From Octopus vulgaris (Eukaryota), in contig OX597818.1 in NCBI GenBank assembly GCA_951406725.2, positions 142,228,001-142,292,000 on the forward strand: a stretch of DNA of 64,000 nt, read 5' to 3'. Below are positions 12,373 through 26,240 of this stretch, piece by piece; within the stretch, counting starts at the first letter, position 1; each line of letters begins with the position of its first letter. The position numbers and the translations under genes were made by a program. The notes under the pieces are model-generated. The model was not told where the DNA came from and made no database searches. It was given only the letters and a program-made list of their open reading frames with translations.

Positions 12373-13382
12373 TAATTCCTCATCTCTTAAATATAGAAAT
12401 GTATGATGCAGTCTTCCTGACACAAAAGGTCTCAAACAAAAGCCAATCAAGGACCGCCCCCATCCACCATATAAACTAAGGATCACCCTGACTAATGAGG
12501 GCATAAGCCTTCACCCTAGCTGTTGTTCTCCACATGGTTGTAGTAATGTCTAACACAGGCACAAAACAGAAAATTATTTGTTGGGAGGGGAATAATTGAT
12601 TGTATGGATCCACACTACTTGAACGACAGTAAGAACCACCAAACCAAAGTTCTGAATATTTGCAAAAACGCAAAACTGCACCCAGTTGTGCAGTGAAATT
12701 ACGCAATAGATATAATATTGAAATGATGGTGATGATGATGATGATGATGGTGGTGATGATGGTGATGATGGTGGTGGTGATGATGATGATGATGATAGTG
12801 ATGATGATAGTGATGATGGTGATGGTGATGATGATGATGATATAAAAATGTTTTCTACTACCGCCACCACCAATTCTCCTTCAAAATGAAGATATCTTGA
12901 GATTGCTATTTTGGATTAGGTTAGCTTCTTATCAATATAACTCCAGTCACGGAGTATTTATAGACTGAACAAGTGTTTCACAGAAGAAATGCCAAAATAT
13001 ACTCCTGAATCAGGAAGTGATACTACTTAATCGCAATCAAACACAAAGAAATGAGAAGAAAAAAAAAAAAATAACGAGAATACTTTAAAATAAAATAAAG
13101 ATTTCTCTCTTTTTCTCACTCCCCTCCCCCTCTCTCTTTCTCACTGCAAAAAAAAAAAAAAGAGGATAAAAATGATCAGCACTGATCTTGCAGACATAAT
13201 ATAATCAAAAACCATTCTCTTAGTTTATTTCTAGCTAAGTGTATCTAGAACTCCATTACCCAAAGTCTACCTAGTCTTTTTCTTTTTAAGATCGAAGGGT
13301 GTTATTTGAAGGAAATTTGACTGCTACTTTCAATATGTCAAGCTATCAACATAAAGGCCCGTTTATCAGTTTGGTTAATACT

Positions 13383-13772
13383 GGATGGATGGAAGCACTC
13401 CATCGGTTCCGACGATGAGGGTTCCGGTTGATTCGATCAAAGGAACAGCCTGCTCGTGAAATTAACGTGTAAGTGGCTGAGCACTCCACAGACACGTGTA
13501 CCCTTAACGTAGTTCTCGGGGATATTCAGCTTGACACAGAGAGTGACAAGGCCGGCCCCTTGAAATACAGGTACAACAGAAACAGGAAGTAAGAGTGAGA
13601 GAAAGTTGTGGTGAAAGAGTACAGCAAGGATCACCACCATCCCCTGCCGGAGCCTCGTGGAGCTTTTCGGTGTTTTCGCTCAATAAACACTCACAACGCC
13701 CGGTCTGGGAATCGAAGCCGCGATCCTACGACCGCGAGTCCGCTGCCCTAACCACTGGGCCATTGCGCCTCC
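13383..13772 (-). mobile_element. tRNA-derived SINE family C, CpG-rich (young)
   Basis: Minus-strand head GGAGGCGCAATGGCCCAGTGGTTAGGGCAGCGGACTCGCGGTCGTAGGATCGCGGCTTCGATTCC; homologous to 48767-49052. Confidence 0.9.
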
Positions 13773-15270
13773 ACCAGTTAATACTAATGGTGATAGAAAT
13801 GTTTAACTCCAGGTCTTGATCTAATAAACTTATAATCAGCTTATAATCAAATGTGTTGTAGTTATGACAATCCCATTTTATTCCTTTTTTTTTTGTTTTT
13901 CAAGTGGTTTATCAAGTGCTACATTATCAAATGTGTCCATCCGCATTTTATTTTTGAGAAGGCAGAGTGTGATTTGGAGGAGATTTAGCTGCTATTTCTA
14001 ATAATTCTGGCAATAGTAAAGTTGGTTACACATCGGGTTGTGAAAATATAGCTGTTTTTACTTGTTTAGCCCTAGATCAAGCACATTTATAATTCAAAGC
14101 GTTCCATTTATGGCCATCCCATATTTTTAGGAGTATCTAAGATTGCATTACCCCAATGTGTTTTTCTTTGTTTAAGACAATGTTACATTTGATCTGAGAG
14201 AGATTTGGCCATTATTTCTAGTAGGGAATGAAAAGTTTCAGAAGAAAGATACACCCAACTAAGATATCAATGAAGAAAGAGAAGTTCAGGAATAGAACAA
14301 CATTGGAGAAATCACCTCGGAGTGTGTAGGGTGTAACTAAGTAGGATCACAATACGTATAACCAACATAATTGTGAAGATATATCAGTCATAGATAAATA
14401 GTGAAGATATATCAGTCATAGAAAAATAGTCGGGGAAACTTAGTGAACAACAAGGAAGTCACCTTCAAGTATATTGGTGCTGATTAATTAGGGTTTTAAC
14501 CTTGTGTAAGTAATATATGGAATTAGACAGCTTACAAGGCATAAGAGCTTATATGATGTATTTCAATTTTGACAGATCCTTTCCTGAACCACCACTTGCC
14601 AGTAATCCAATTTTTAATCTTGTATTTATAAAAAATAGATTGATGTTCTGGGGCATTTGGAGATGGGGAGATTGGTGAAAATTGTGGGTTGTATAAACCA
14701 TGAAATATGTTAATCATAGAAATATACAATAATTATATAATTTGACAGCCATGTTCCATGCTGAGAATGTGTTGAATAATTTGACAGCATTCAATAGTTC
14801 CAAGGGTTATACTAGGCTGCACTGGCTACTCTGGCATGGTTTCTGTGGCTAGATGCCCTTCATAATGCCAAACACTTTACAGTATGTACTGGGTGCTCTT
14901 TTGTGCATCCAGTACAAGTGAGGTTGCTTTGCAGCTTCCAAGACAACAAACCCTGAGAGAGGCTACTTTATACTAGGAGTTGAGGGGTTAAAGTTTGAGA
15001 GAGGAAACCAGAGCAGAACAGGTTTTATGTCATAGAGGGGCTTTATGATTACTCTCATTTTAGAAAAAAGGATGAATGGGTGATCAGGGTAGAGTAGAGA
15101 AGAGGTGAAATAGTGGTGATGAGGTGTCCATGTGAATCCTCAAGGTATGAAGTGAGTAGAAGTGAAAGGAGGAAGAAGAGCTGGGTGTGTGAATGGGTAG
15201 TGGTTGCAAGAGTATGTTTGAGAGTGGGAGATGAGGAGCAGGTGAGGGGGAAAATATGATGAATGAAGAA

Positions 15271-15306
<36 letters not shown>

Positions 15307-15456
15307 GGGGTGGATGATAAGTGGTGTAAGTTGGTGGCACCTATAAAGATTGGAAAAGGTTGAGGGGTGGATGTAATGAGTAGTGGATCAGAGAGGGTGT
15401 GACCAATGATGCATAGGAGAGAAGAGTAGTAAAACAATAATGATAATGATGTAGAC

Positions 15457-15715
15457 CAGTGGTTCTCAACTGGGGGTCCATATGGCCCTTGGTGGTCCAT
15501 ATAAGACTTGTTGTTAAAATGTGTATGTGCAATAATTAGGTTAGACTTCTACAATACACAAAATATTTTAACAATTTTTGTTATTCAATTCTTCATAATA
15601 TTATATTATTAAAATACTGTAGGATTTTTCTAAATGTTAAAAGGTTATAAGGGTCCACCTGAGTAAAATAACAATCAAAGGGGTCCATTGATTAAAAAAT
15701 TGTTGAGAACCACTG
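15457..15715. mobile_element. hAT (Charlie-like) MITE
   Basis: Perfect 14-bp TIRs CAGTGGTTCTCAAC / GTTGAGAACCACTG; TSD degenerate. Confidence 0.85.
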
Positions 15716-16599
15716 ATGAGAGAGAGAAAGAGAGAGACATACAAAAGGCAGACATACAGACAGAGACAGACATAGTAAGTATGAGCCTTATTATTTGAAG
15801 GCAAAGTTGACTTTATCAGGATTTGAAATCGGAACAGAGAATTGGAATAAATACATTAAAGCATTCTGTTAGATACATCAATAATTCTAATGAAGTTAGC
15901 TTACTGTCTCTCACACATGTGGTGTTAATTGTAGAGATGGTGATAATAACAGAACCCTTGAGAGTATGTTGGCCAACTCAGTTAAATTTTGTTATAAATA
16001 GCAGAAATACTGTATTGAATCTGTCTTCACAAATGAAGTTTATAATAAACTTGAAAAATTAAAAATAATATCACAAGAATGGAAATGAATTCTGACAGTT
16101 TCTGCCAGCTTTGAATATTGTAACAAAAAAGTTAAAATATTTTCTATTTCTGGATCAATATATTCAGTGTAAATTGTCCTACATAGCTGGAATTCTGAAG
16201 AGGAAAAAAATCTTGATCTTCTGTCATTGATGAGAATGTAGAAACTAAATTACCTTTCATCAAGAAATTTTAAAACTTATTTGCATTATTGGATTGATTT
16301 GGGGGTTTTGCTTTTCTTTCTTTTCTTTCTATTTTTTTTCTTGATGAGTTTCCAAATTTTCACACATTTTCACATATTTTTAAAAAATAAAAGAAACTAT
16401 AGAAAAAGTGTTGAAATCTAAATATTTATATCCAGCTTGAATATATATTTTTTGTATAATAAAGGTTGTACTTAATTACTGGTAACATGTGAGAAGCTAA
16501 GTTATTTAACTTACAACACACGTGATGAAAATGAATTTTTAAAAAATCAATTTGGATACTAATATTGCAGACAGAATACTTTGGTTAATATAGCCCTTG

Positions 16600-16637
<38 letters not shown>

Positions 16638-16639
<2 letters not shown>

Positions 16640-17020
16640 TTTATCTTTTACTTGTTTCAACCATGCTGGGGCACCACCTTGAAGATTTTAGTGAGATGAA
16701 TCAACCCTAGTGCTTATTTTCTGTTTAAAAAAGTGGTACTAATTCTATCAATCTCTTTTGCTGAACTGCTGTTACAGAGACATAAACAAAACAACACCAG
16801 TTCTCAACTGGTGGGGGCAGGACAAACACATACTCAAAGACACATAAACACAGGTGTATACTTATATATATATATATGACTGGCATCTTTCACTCACAAG
16901 GATTTGGTCTGCCCAGGGCTATAATAGAAGACACTTGCCCAAGGTGCCAAGCAGTAAGATTCAATCCAGAACCAAGAAGCTGGGAAGGAGACTTCTTACC
17001 ACATAGCCATGCTTGCATCT
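16638..17020 (-). mobile_element. SINE family A, diverged
   Basis: CTTTTACTTGTTTC...GAAGACACTTGCCCAAGGTGCC...CACATAGCCATGC. Confidence 0.75.
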
Positions 17021-17304
17021 CTATCTAAAAAGATTGGATGGGCATGGCTGGAACACCTTTGTTCATAGGATAACCTGATTAGGATTGACTGGAGGTTAAA
17101 CAACAATACTAACATCAACAGAATAGAGAAGCTAAAACAGCACTAAATGAGGTTAAGTCCAATTTACTGGATGGATAGAATGTACACACAAAATAATCAA
17201 CATCAATTAGCCTAATTATCTATATTTCCCTCTGCATTTCGTTTTGAATTTAGAGTCTTTAATTATTTTCAGTTATATTTCTGTAAATAATAACTTCTAA
17301 CATA

Positions 17305-17720
17305 GGTGCAGGAGTGGCTGTGTGGTAAGTAGCTTACTTACCAGCCACATGGTTCCGGGTTCAGTCCCACTGCGAGGCACTTTGGGCAAGTGTCTTCTAC
17401 TATAGCCTCAGTCCGACCAATAATGCCTTGTGAGTGGATTTGGTAGATGGAAACTGAAAGAAGCCCATCATATATATATGTATGTATGTGTGTGTGTGTA
17501 TATATTTGTGTGTCTGTGTTTGTCCCCACCATCACCTTCGCTTGACAACTGATACTGGTGTGTTTACGTCCCCGTAACTTAGTGGTTCGGCAAAAAGAGA
17601 CCGATAGAATAAGTACTAGGCTTACAAAGAATAAGTCCTGGGGTCGATTTGCTCGACTGAAGGCGGTGCTCCAGCATGGCCACAGTCAAATGACTGAAAC
17701 AAGTAAAAGAGTAAAAGAGT
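17305..17720 (+). mobile_element. SINE family A, full length
   Basis: Homologous to 9019-9456 and 38859-39246. Confidence 0.9.
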
Positions 17721-18470
17721 ATAGGCATACTACCACAAATTGGGGTGGTGTGGGAACAGTTAATAGTTAATTAAATCCCCCACTTCCCCACGTAGATATT
17801 GAGTATATTTATCAGCCCCTAAAGAATGAAAGGAAAAGCTAATCTTGGTACAGTCTGAACTCAGAACAAAGAGAGACTTAGCAAAATACTACAAGACATT
17901 TTGTCTTGTGGTATTCTGATACTCTCTCAATTCTGCTAATCTACAAATCTTAAATAAATGTGCATAATTTTTAGACTAGAACAAAAGACATGAATATATA
18001 TTTGTTTCCACAAGGTTCAATATTTTTATTCCACAATAAGAGCAAGAACTGGAAAGACAGAATGGAGTGTAAGATATTCAAATAAAAAAAAAAAAGATGT
18101 AACTTGGGACAAGAGACATTAGCCAGTCTATTTGACATGGTTGATTGAATTTTTATAAAAGTGTAAGGCATTGTAGGAGAGAGATAAAGATAAATCAAGA
18201 TGATTCATATTAATCAGACATTAAAAAGTTTAGTCTCATAGTGGAAATGACACAGGATCAGAGGACATCATACCATTTCATAAATCATCCATTCCTTTCT
18301 AAATACACACACATCCGTGTGTGTGTGTGTGTGTGTGTATTTAGATAGAAAGATGGATGATTTATAAAATATGGATTGATGACTAATATATGCACATATT
18401 CAAAAACAAACAGGATTTTATTTGTGAATGTGTGTAAGCACACATGTGTACAAAACTTTATAAGTAGCAC

Positions 18471-18538
<68 letters not shown>

Positions 18539-18804
18539 CGTGCGTGCGTGTGTGTGGCAAAACATCTGTATCCGGATCTGCAAATCCTGGACAGGCCTGA
18601 ATTCCTACAGGAAACATCATGCCAGAACATCAGACTTAGAATACTGTGTAGCAGCAACATACTGAACCCTCATTTATCAAAGCAATCAAAGAATACAATA
18701 CATATGTGTGTGTGTGTGTGTGTGTATACATACATGTTTGTAGTTCTACTTTGCCAAGGACTTTTCAACCCACAAGTAATTGCATGTAGTACACTCTATA
18801 AAGT

Positions 18805-19361
18805 GGAGGTGCGTGGCTTAGTGGTTAGGGTGTCAGCATCATGATCATAAGATTGTGGTTTCGATTCCTGGACCGGGCGACACATTGTGTTCTTGAGCAA
18901 AACACTTCATTTCACGTTGCTCCAGTCCACTCAGCTGGCAAAAATGAGTAACGCTGCAATGGACTGGCGCCCCATCGAGCTGGGGAACACATACGCCATA
19001 GAAACCAGGAAACTGGACCCATGAGCATGACTAGGCTTTAAAAGGGCGCATTTAGGAGGCACATGGCCTAGTGGTTAGAGCATCGGACCTCGCGGTCGAG
19101 GGACTGCAGGTTCGAATCTCAGACCCGGGCGATGTGTGTGTTTATGAGCGAAACACCTAAGCTCCATGCAGCTCCGGAAGAAGGTAATGGTGAACTTCTG
19201 CTGATTCTTTCACCACAACTCTCTCTCTCACTCTTTCCTCTTGCATCTTGAAGCTCACCTGCGACAGACCGGCGTCTCAACCAGGTGGGGAACCTATATG
19301 CCAAGGAAACCAGGAAACCGGCCCTTATGAGCCAGGCATGGCTCAAGAAGGAACAACAACA
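18805..19361 (+). mobile_element. Head-to-tail SINE pair (family D 18805-19052 and family C-like 19055-19361) inside one 12-bp TSD
   Basis: ACTCTATAAAGT at 18793-18804 and 19362-19373; two tRNA-like heads; (AAC)n tail. Confidence 0.85.
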
Positions 19362-20284
19362 ACTCTATAAAGTAGTTAGTGGGAAGAAGGGCATCCAGTC
19401 ATAGAAGCCAAGACAGAATACTTTGCATGAACAATCTGAGAACAAGAGTCCCCAATAAGAAATGAATCAGACTTTGACAACCTGTCCAACCCATGGTAAG
19501 ATGGAATGGCAGACATAAGATGATGATGATGGTGATATGTTGATGTAGGCAGCGTTGTATGGTTGAGAAATTTGTTTGGCAACAACATGGTTTCAGGCTT
19601 TCTTCCATTGTGCAGCACCTTGGATAAGTGTGTTCTGCTATAAGCCTTGGGCTGACCTGCCTTGTGAATAAAATTTGGCTAATGGGAACTGTAGAGAAGC
19701 CTGTTATGTATGTATGTGTGTGTGTGTGTGTGTAAACATGGCTATCACTTACAAACAAGTATAACTTGATAGTTTGTGCCACGCTCTTGCCAATACATAG
19801 AAACCTACAACTGCAAAGCTATAGTGCTGTGACCAGACATAAATGCCTTCTTTGGGTCAGCCTTGACTAAGGCCGTGAAAGCTGGAAGGAGAGAAGACTG
19901 CATCAGCAGTCAATTGGTAAGTATTTCAATTAAGTAAACTGGAGCAACATCAAGTGAAGTGCTTTGCTCAAGTATACAACATTCTGCCAGGTCCAATAAT
20001 TGAAATCACATTACAATTGTCAGCCCTAGCCACAAAGCCACAAAGCCACATGCACTGTATGTGCTTATGATTTGTGCATCATAATTAACACATGCAGCAT
20101 TAGTTCTACATGCGAGCATGTAGGATGAAAATACCTAGTATGAAAATTGAATAAGGGTTTGTATTAGGAAGAGCTTGAAAAAGCAATATAGTGAAAATGA
20201 CATCCTATAATTTAATGAGCATGAGAGAAGGGGGGGGGGTCACCATCTTGTATGTAATAACAAGAAAATAGGAATTTGTAAGAC

Positions 20285-20580
20285 ATCGTTATTGTTTAAC
20301 GTCCGCTTTCCATGCTAGCATGGGTTGGACAATTTGACTGAGGGCTGGCAAACCAGATGGCTGCACCAGGCTCCAATCTTGATCAGGCAGAGTTTCTACA
20401 GCTGGATGCCCTTCCTAACGCCAACCAATCTGAGAGCGTAGTGGGGGCCAGTCAGGCAGTACTGGCAACAACCTCGCTTGAATGTTTTTACACGTGCCAC
20501 CGGCATGGAAGCCAGTTAGCCGCTCTGGCAACGATCACGCTCAGATGGTGCTCTTAGCACCCTACTAGCATGGGGCACAA
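20285..20580 (-). mobile_element. RTE 3' UTR fragment (family E)
   Basis: TTTAACGTCCGCTTTCCATGCTAGCATGGGTTGG... Confidence 0.8.
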
Positions 20581-20838
20581 TACCGGTCTAAGACTGGAGA
20601 GACACTGAGTGGCACGAATTTAGAATGTTTCGCTTTATATATGGGATGAACCAGAAGTCCCCATCTTCCACATCAACTGGAAGCTTCTAGAATATTCAAG
20701 AACTTTCTAGAAGGTCGAGGGAGATTACTCTTGTTAAATCCTTTTTCCTTTTTGCTTTTCTGCTTGACCACCAGGGTTCACTATAGCAAGCTTAAGAATG
20801 ATAATGATATAGCTTACAAAACTTTATAGTTTCTTGAA

Positions 20839-20876
<38 letters not shown>

Positions 20877-21608
20877 TGAAAACAGAGAGTCTAGTGAAAG
20901 TATCATTTCATTTGAGAACACATTATTAGCCTTAATATGTTTCCCTGAACAAGTAACCCCAGGTGGGTATGTTATAACTTAATTTTATTATCAGCTAAGC
21001 TATGATATGTAATCTTTGCAGTTGCAGATTTCACTCTGCTTGAAAAGAAGTAAACACACACCCACATGCATGCATTCACACTCACACACATAAAAACTGG
21101 TATTTAATCGTTGATAGACATGCCCCAGTCTCTGCTTTCTGTGCTGCTAGTGTAATGGTGTTTGTTCTTCAGATCAAGCTGGTCTTCTACAACCCACACT
21201 CAAGCACTCTTGAACTTATTTGCCTTGCTCTTCTCTCATTATCCATGTTGTGTCCAATTCCACCAGATTCCACTCTAACGAGGCTAATCTTTCCTCCCCA
21301 TAATAACAAACTCTCTGGAACCCACTCCTTGTCCATGTCTTTTCTGTAGGTGTCACCTTGCAGTAGTTTAAGCAGAACATTAAGGACATAGATCTCACTG
21401 GACCTGGAGGGCCTGTGAAGACCTAGCAAGAAAGACACTCACACACATATGCATGCATGCACACACACACACACATACACATGAATGCACACGCATACAT
21501 GTGCATGCACACACATGCACACACTCTCTCTCTCTCTCTTTCTCTCTTTCACACACACACATATATTCATATCATTTGTTATTGCTTTTGTAGTGCTTTT
21601 GGGTTAGA

Positions 21609-22149
<541 letters not shown>

Positions 22150-22190
22150 AGATAAATGAAAGAATGGAGTCGAACGACGATTTAACAAAA

Positions 22191-22289
22191 TTCCTTTATT
22201 CTCGGCACATGTTTCGAAGACTGCATATTCTTAATTCCGAAGGAATAAAGGGTGCATTTTGCCGTCTTCTCATCAGGAAAAACAAGGAA
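22191..22289 (-). ncRNA. Type I hammerhead ribozyme motif, decayed at U16.1
   Basis: Minus strand: UUCCUUGUUUUUC-CUGAUGA-GAAGAC...GUCUUC-GAAA-CAUGUG-CC-GAGAAUAAAGGAA. Stem II is a perfect 6 bp and stem I about 11/13. Confidence 0.7.
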
Positions 22290-23110
22290 CTTATGTCAGC
22301 ATCATGACGAACAAAAACTTTTAGATGACTGCCCACACGGAGTCCATAGTGATAATGAGTGTTTCTTTAAAATATTCCGTTATAAGCAGTGACGTCAAAA
22401 TTGGTTGGATGGATAAGATTCTAAAAAGTTCAAGAGTTCAAAAATGGTTGGAAGGGGTAAGTTCTAAGAATAAGGGGGTGACAGAGTGCAAGTCGTATGT
22501 ATGGTGATGCGTTGTTGTTTGCTTTTGCTAATGAGATTGAGTGCCTGTGTGTGTGTATGTATATAACTGCATTTGTGTCTATGTGTGTGTATATGTGTGT
22601 GGGATTGTTTGTGTATATATATATTAGTGAAGTATTGTTTAACAGCTGGATGGTCTTCCTGTCGTTAACTCTTACTTGTTATTCAAGTAAAAGAGTTTTC
22701 ATTCTACAGGTGCCCGGAACTGTCATCATATAACAATGTCTCTGGTGCAGTACAGCACAGAATGTAAATATTCACATGCATTGCACACACACACACGAAT
22801 ACACACACACACACACACACACACACGAATACACACACACACACACACACAATACATGCACACACACAAATACATGCACTTACAAATTTAAATAAGTAAC
22901 TACATGTTGAAAATTAATACTAATGCATCCAAAGCCAGGAATGTTGCTGCTGCTGCTAATGATGATGGTGATGATATTGAGTATATAAGGAGTGGTTTAC
23001 AACTCATAAAGCATCAATCGACACTCTATAAGTCTGGGGTGGGGTGGGGGAGTAAAAGATGATGAGTATTCATTCTACAATGGTGTACTTTACATAACAT
23101 TAAACAAACA

Positions 23111-23151
<41 letters not shown>

Positions 23152-23732
23152 TGCTATTATTTCTCGTATACACACATCCAACAAGTTGATATGAGCCTCT
23201 ATGTGGACACTCAAACTTCTAGAAAGAGCAGCCACTTCTCCCTTAAATCACATGGCTCAGTCTTCTCATATGAAGGACACACATTGTATTTGAAAAAATA
23301 TGGGCTGATCACAGCCAGAACACAGGTCTAATTGGATCAAGACTTACCTAGGGCTAAACAACAACAACATATATAAAATTTTAAAACATGGGCGCTTCTG
23401 TGAGGTCACTCATACTGCTAGAAATATCAACCAAATCTTTCTCTCAAGTCACACCTTAATATGACATGCTCATTGCATCTTTTTCTGAAATACAACATAC
23501 AATCTTTAAATGAAAAAGCCTCTACAATAGAAACCACATCTCCTAGAAATTTCATTGTAATGTAGAGAAAGGATACCATGTAGTTGTTGATACAGATAGA
23601 TGTGATGGTCATGGCTGGAATGATTTGTTCAGTTAGGACTGACCTGGTCTAAACAAGTTACATACATAAATGCCTTCTCTTCTCCCTTCTGTCTGTCTGT
23701 CTGTCTCTCAATATATATTTATCTATGTGTGT

Positions 23733-23791
<59 letters not shown>

Positions 23792-23952
23792 TGGACGAAC
23801 AGACAGATGGGGAGAGACAGACAGACAGACAGACGGGGAGAGAGACAGACATACATAGATACATATTATATGCATACATGACACATATACATAGCACAAA
23901 TTTAACCAGCACATACCTGCATATTAGGACGCATATATTTACACACACACAC

Positions 23953-23988
<36 letters not shown>

Positions 23989-24296
23989 CTGCAATAACGA
24001 CAGCAACAATAACAATCTGAGCCATCATTACATGTGGTGCCTCAATCAATTAAACGACCCCCGCCGTTGCTGCTCTGCCCTCAGCATTCCCACCATTTTA
24101 CACCATCCAAATATTCAAATTAGATGCCTCTAGAACATCTGATACCCATATTGATGAAGTGACAGAAGATCACAGGGGATTAATCACATCATGCCCCTCT
24201 CCCTCCTCATTGCCACACCCTTCTCACCATCCACCTCCCACAATCTTCAGCATAACCCTCTACCACTTCATTTTCCTCCACCTCCTCCATCTTCAG

Positions 24297-24369
24297 GCCT
24301 GTTACTGAGCAACAGCAATAAATTCTACAGATCGAAATCGATTCCTGATTTAAGGCATGGCATCACATG
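24297..24369 (+). other. Candidate small internal exon of an unidentified plus-strand gene
   Basis: Long pyrimidine tract plus TTCAG acceptor and GTATGT donor; open frame (G)LLLSNSNKFYRSKSIPDLRHGITW; no recognisable family. Confidence 0.25.
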
Positions 24370-24820
24370 GTATGTAAGGGGCGTTTTCTGAGATTATATA
24401 TGAGCTTGGGTATGGTGTATATTCTGGGGTATGCTTGGTAAGTAGCGTGAGATATGTATGGCATTTATCTGGGTATATCTAGGTATGTATGGTATGTTAT
24501 CTGAGGTATGCATAATATGTTATCTGGAGCATGATAGCATGTGACTTGGGATGTAATGGTATGTCATCCGAAGTCATTATTATCAGCATCATCATCATTT
24601 AACATACGTTGTCCATGCTGGTATGGTGTATGGTATATTATGAGATAAGTATGGTATATTTAGAGTATGTATGATATATTACCTGGGAGTATGTATGGCA
24701 TGTTATTTGGGATATGTATTGTATGTTACCTGGGGTATGTATGGCACATTACCTGGAGTATGATGATATGTTAGCTGGAAGTATGATGGCATGTTATCTG
24801 GGGTTTGTATGGAATGTTGT
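24370..24820. repeat. Degenerate ~22-bp minisatellite (GTATGTATGGCATGTTATCTGG-like)
   Basis: Recurring TATGG.ATGTTA.CTGG units; also at 34044-34495. Confidence 0.75.
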
Positions 24821-25559
24821 CCATCAAGGACTGGACGGTTCACAACACCATGACCCTGTGACCCTGCTATGCATGACAGAGAACAGAGATAGCTTGAATG
24901 CAAAAGCATCTAGAGTGGCACCCCACCCTGAATGCCTGGCTGCACCAGTTAAGAGTACTTGATGATGATAATGATGAGGATGATGAGGATGGTGGTGGTG
25001 GTGGTGGTGGTGGTACGTTATTCGGGGATAATTATTGAATGTATGATACCTGGGTAATGCATGGTGTGTTATCTGGGGTATACATTATCCAAGTCAGATA
25101 GAAGCACCATGATGTGATACAGTTCACTTAGAGATTAACAAAGACTTAGAGATGAAGCAAGCGACAAAAGTTGGTTTGCTAACTATTGTTGCTGTTGTTG
25201 TTGTTGTTGCAGTGGTGGTGGTGGTGGTGGTGGTTTATGCTTCAAGGATTGTGGAGTAATATTGGCTGTAGTGGTGGTGTCGGCTGTGGTGATAGTGGTT
25301 TATGGCGCATGGTCCCGGTGTTGTTATGACAGTGGTATGTGTATGAAAGAATTTGATTTAGTTTTCTCCTGCAACGACGTTCATAGTGGCATAGTGGTTG
25401 TTGTAGTAAGAGTAGTGGTAGTGGTGGTAGTGGTGATAGTAGTGATTCATACTCCCTTGTTGGATGGTAGTTCAGGTAGTGGTATTGGTGTTGCTGTTCA
25501 TACATTGGATGGTGGTTATTTATGCTAGCTGTAGTAGTACTAAAGGTGAGGATGGTAGT

Positions 25560-26240
25560 TGTTGAGGTGGCGGTGGTGGTGTTGTTGTTGTTGTTGTTGG
25601 TAGTGGTGGTGGTGGTGGTGGTGGTGGTGTGATTCATGCTCTTATGATAGTGCTTGTGATTCACACTCCTTGTGGTACTTATTTATGATAGGTACAACAG
25701 TAATGGTGAGTGGTGGCAGCGGTATTAATGGCAAAGGAAATATTAATTAGGATTCTGGAGAGAAGAACAGAATATGTAGTGATTTTGATAATGGTATTGG
25801 TGGTAGTGGTGATGATGATAGTAAATGGTGGTGGTGGTGGTGATGTTAATGGTGATGGTGGTGGTGGTGGTGGTGGTAATGATGGTATTGGTGGTAGTGG
25901 TGATGATGATAGTAAATGGTGTGGTGGTGGTGGTGGTGGTGGTGATGATGGTAATGGTGGTAGTGGTGATGATGATAGTAAATAGTGTGGTGGTGGTAAT
26001 GATAGTAGTGGTAATGGTGTGATGGTGATGGTGATGGTAATGGTGATGGTGGTGGTGGTGGTAATGATGGTGATGGTGGTGGTGGTGGTGGTAATTGTGG
26101 TAGTGATGACGGTAATAATGGTGGTGGTGGTGATAATTGTGATGGTGATGTTGGTGGTGGTGGTGATGTCGGTGGTGGTGATGTCGGTGGTGGTGTTGTT
26201 GTTGTTGGCGGTGGTGGTGGTGATAATGGTGGTGGGTGGC
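25560..26240. repeat. (GGT/GAT/AGT)n trinucleotide low-complexity region
   Basis: Direct reading; shorter in copy 2 (35200-35845). Confidence 0.9.

Noticed and set aside
13700-13772. tRNA genes at SINE heads (also 18805, 19055, 38859, 40057, 48767)
   Set aside because: They have A/B boxes but continue into SINE bodies and tails; no complete cloverleaf was verified
14550-14646. Minus-strand frame containing P-loop-like LKIGLLASGGSGKD
   Set aside because: A stop follows within 10 codons and there is no domain context; likely chance
16040-16194. Strong minus-strand acceptor (TTTTTTTCCTCTTCAG) as a possible next RhoGEF exon
   Set aside because: In phase 0 it reads NSSYVGQFTLNILIQK*, with no DH similarity
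19753-19804. Minus-strand AG...GTAAGT 52-bp exon candidate
   Set aside because: Weak pyrimidine tract and no similarity to the expected DH continuation in any frame
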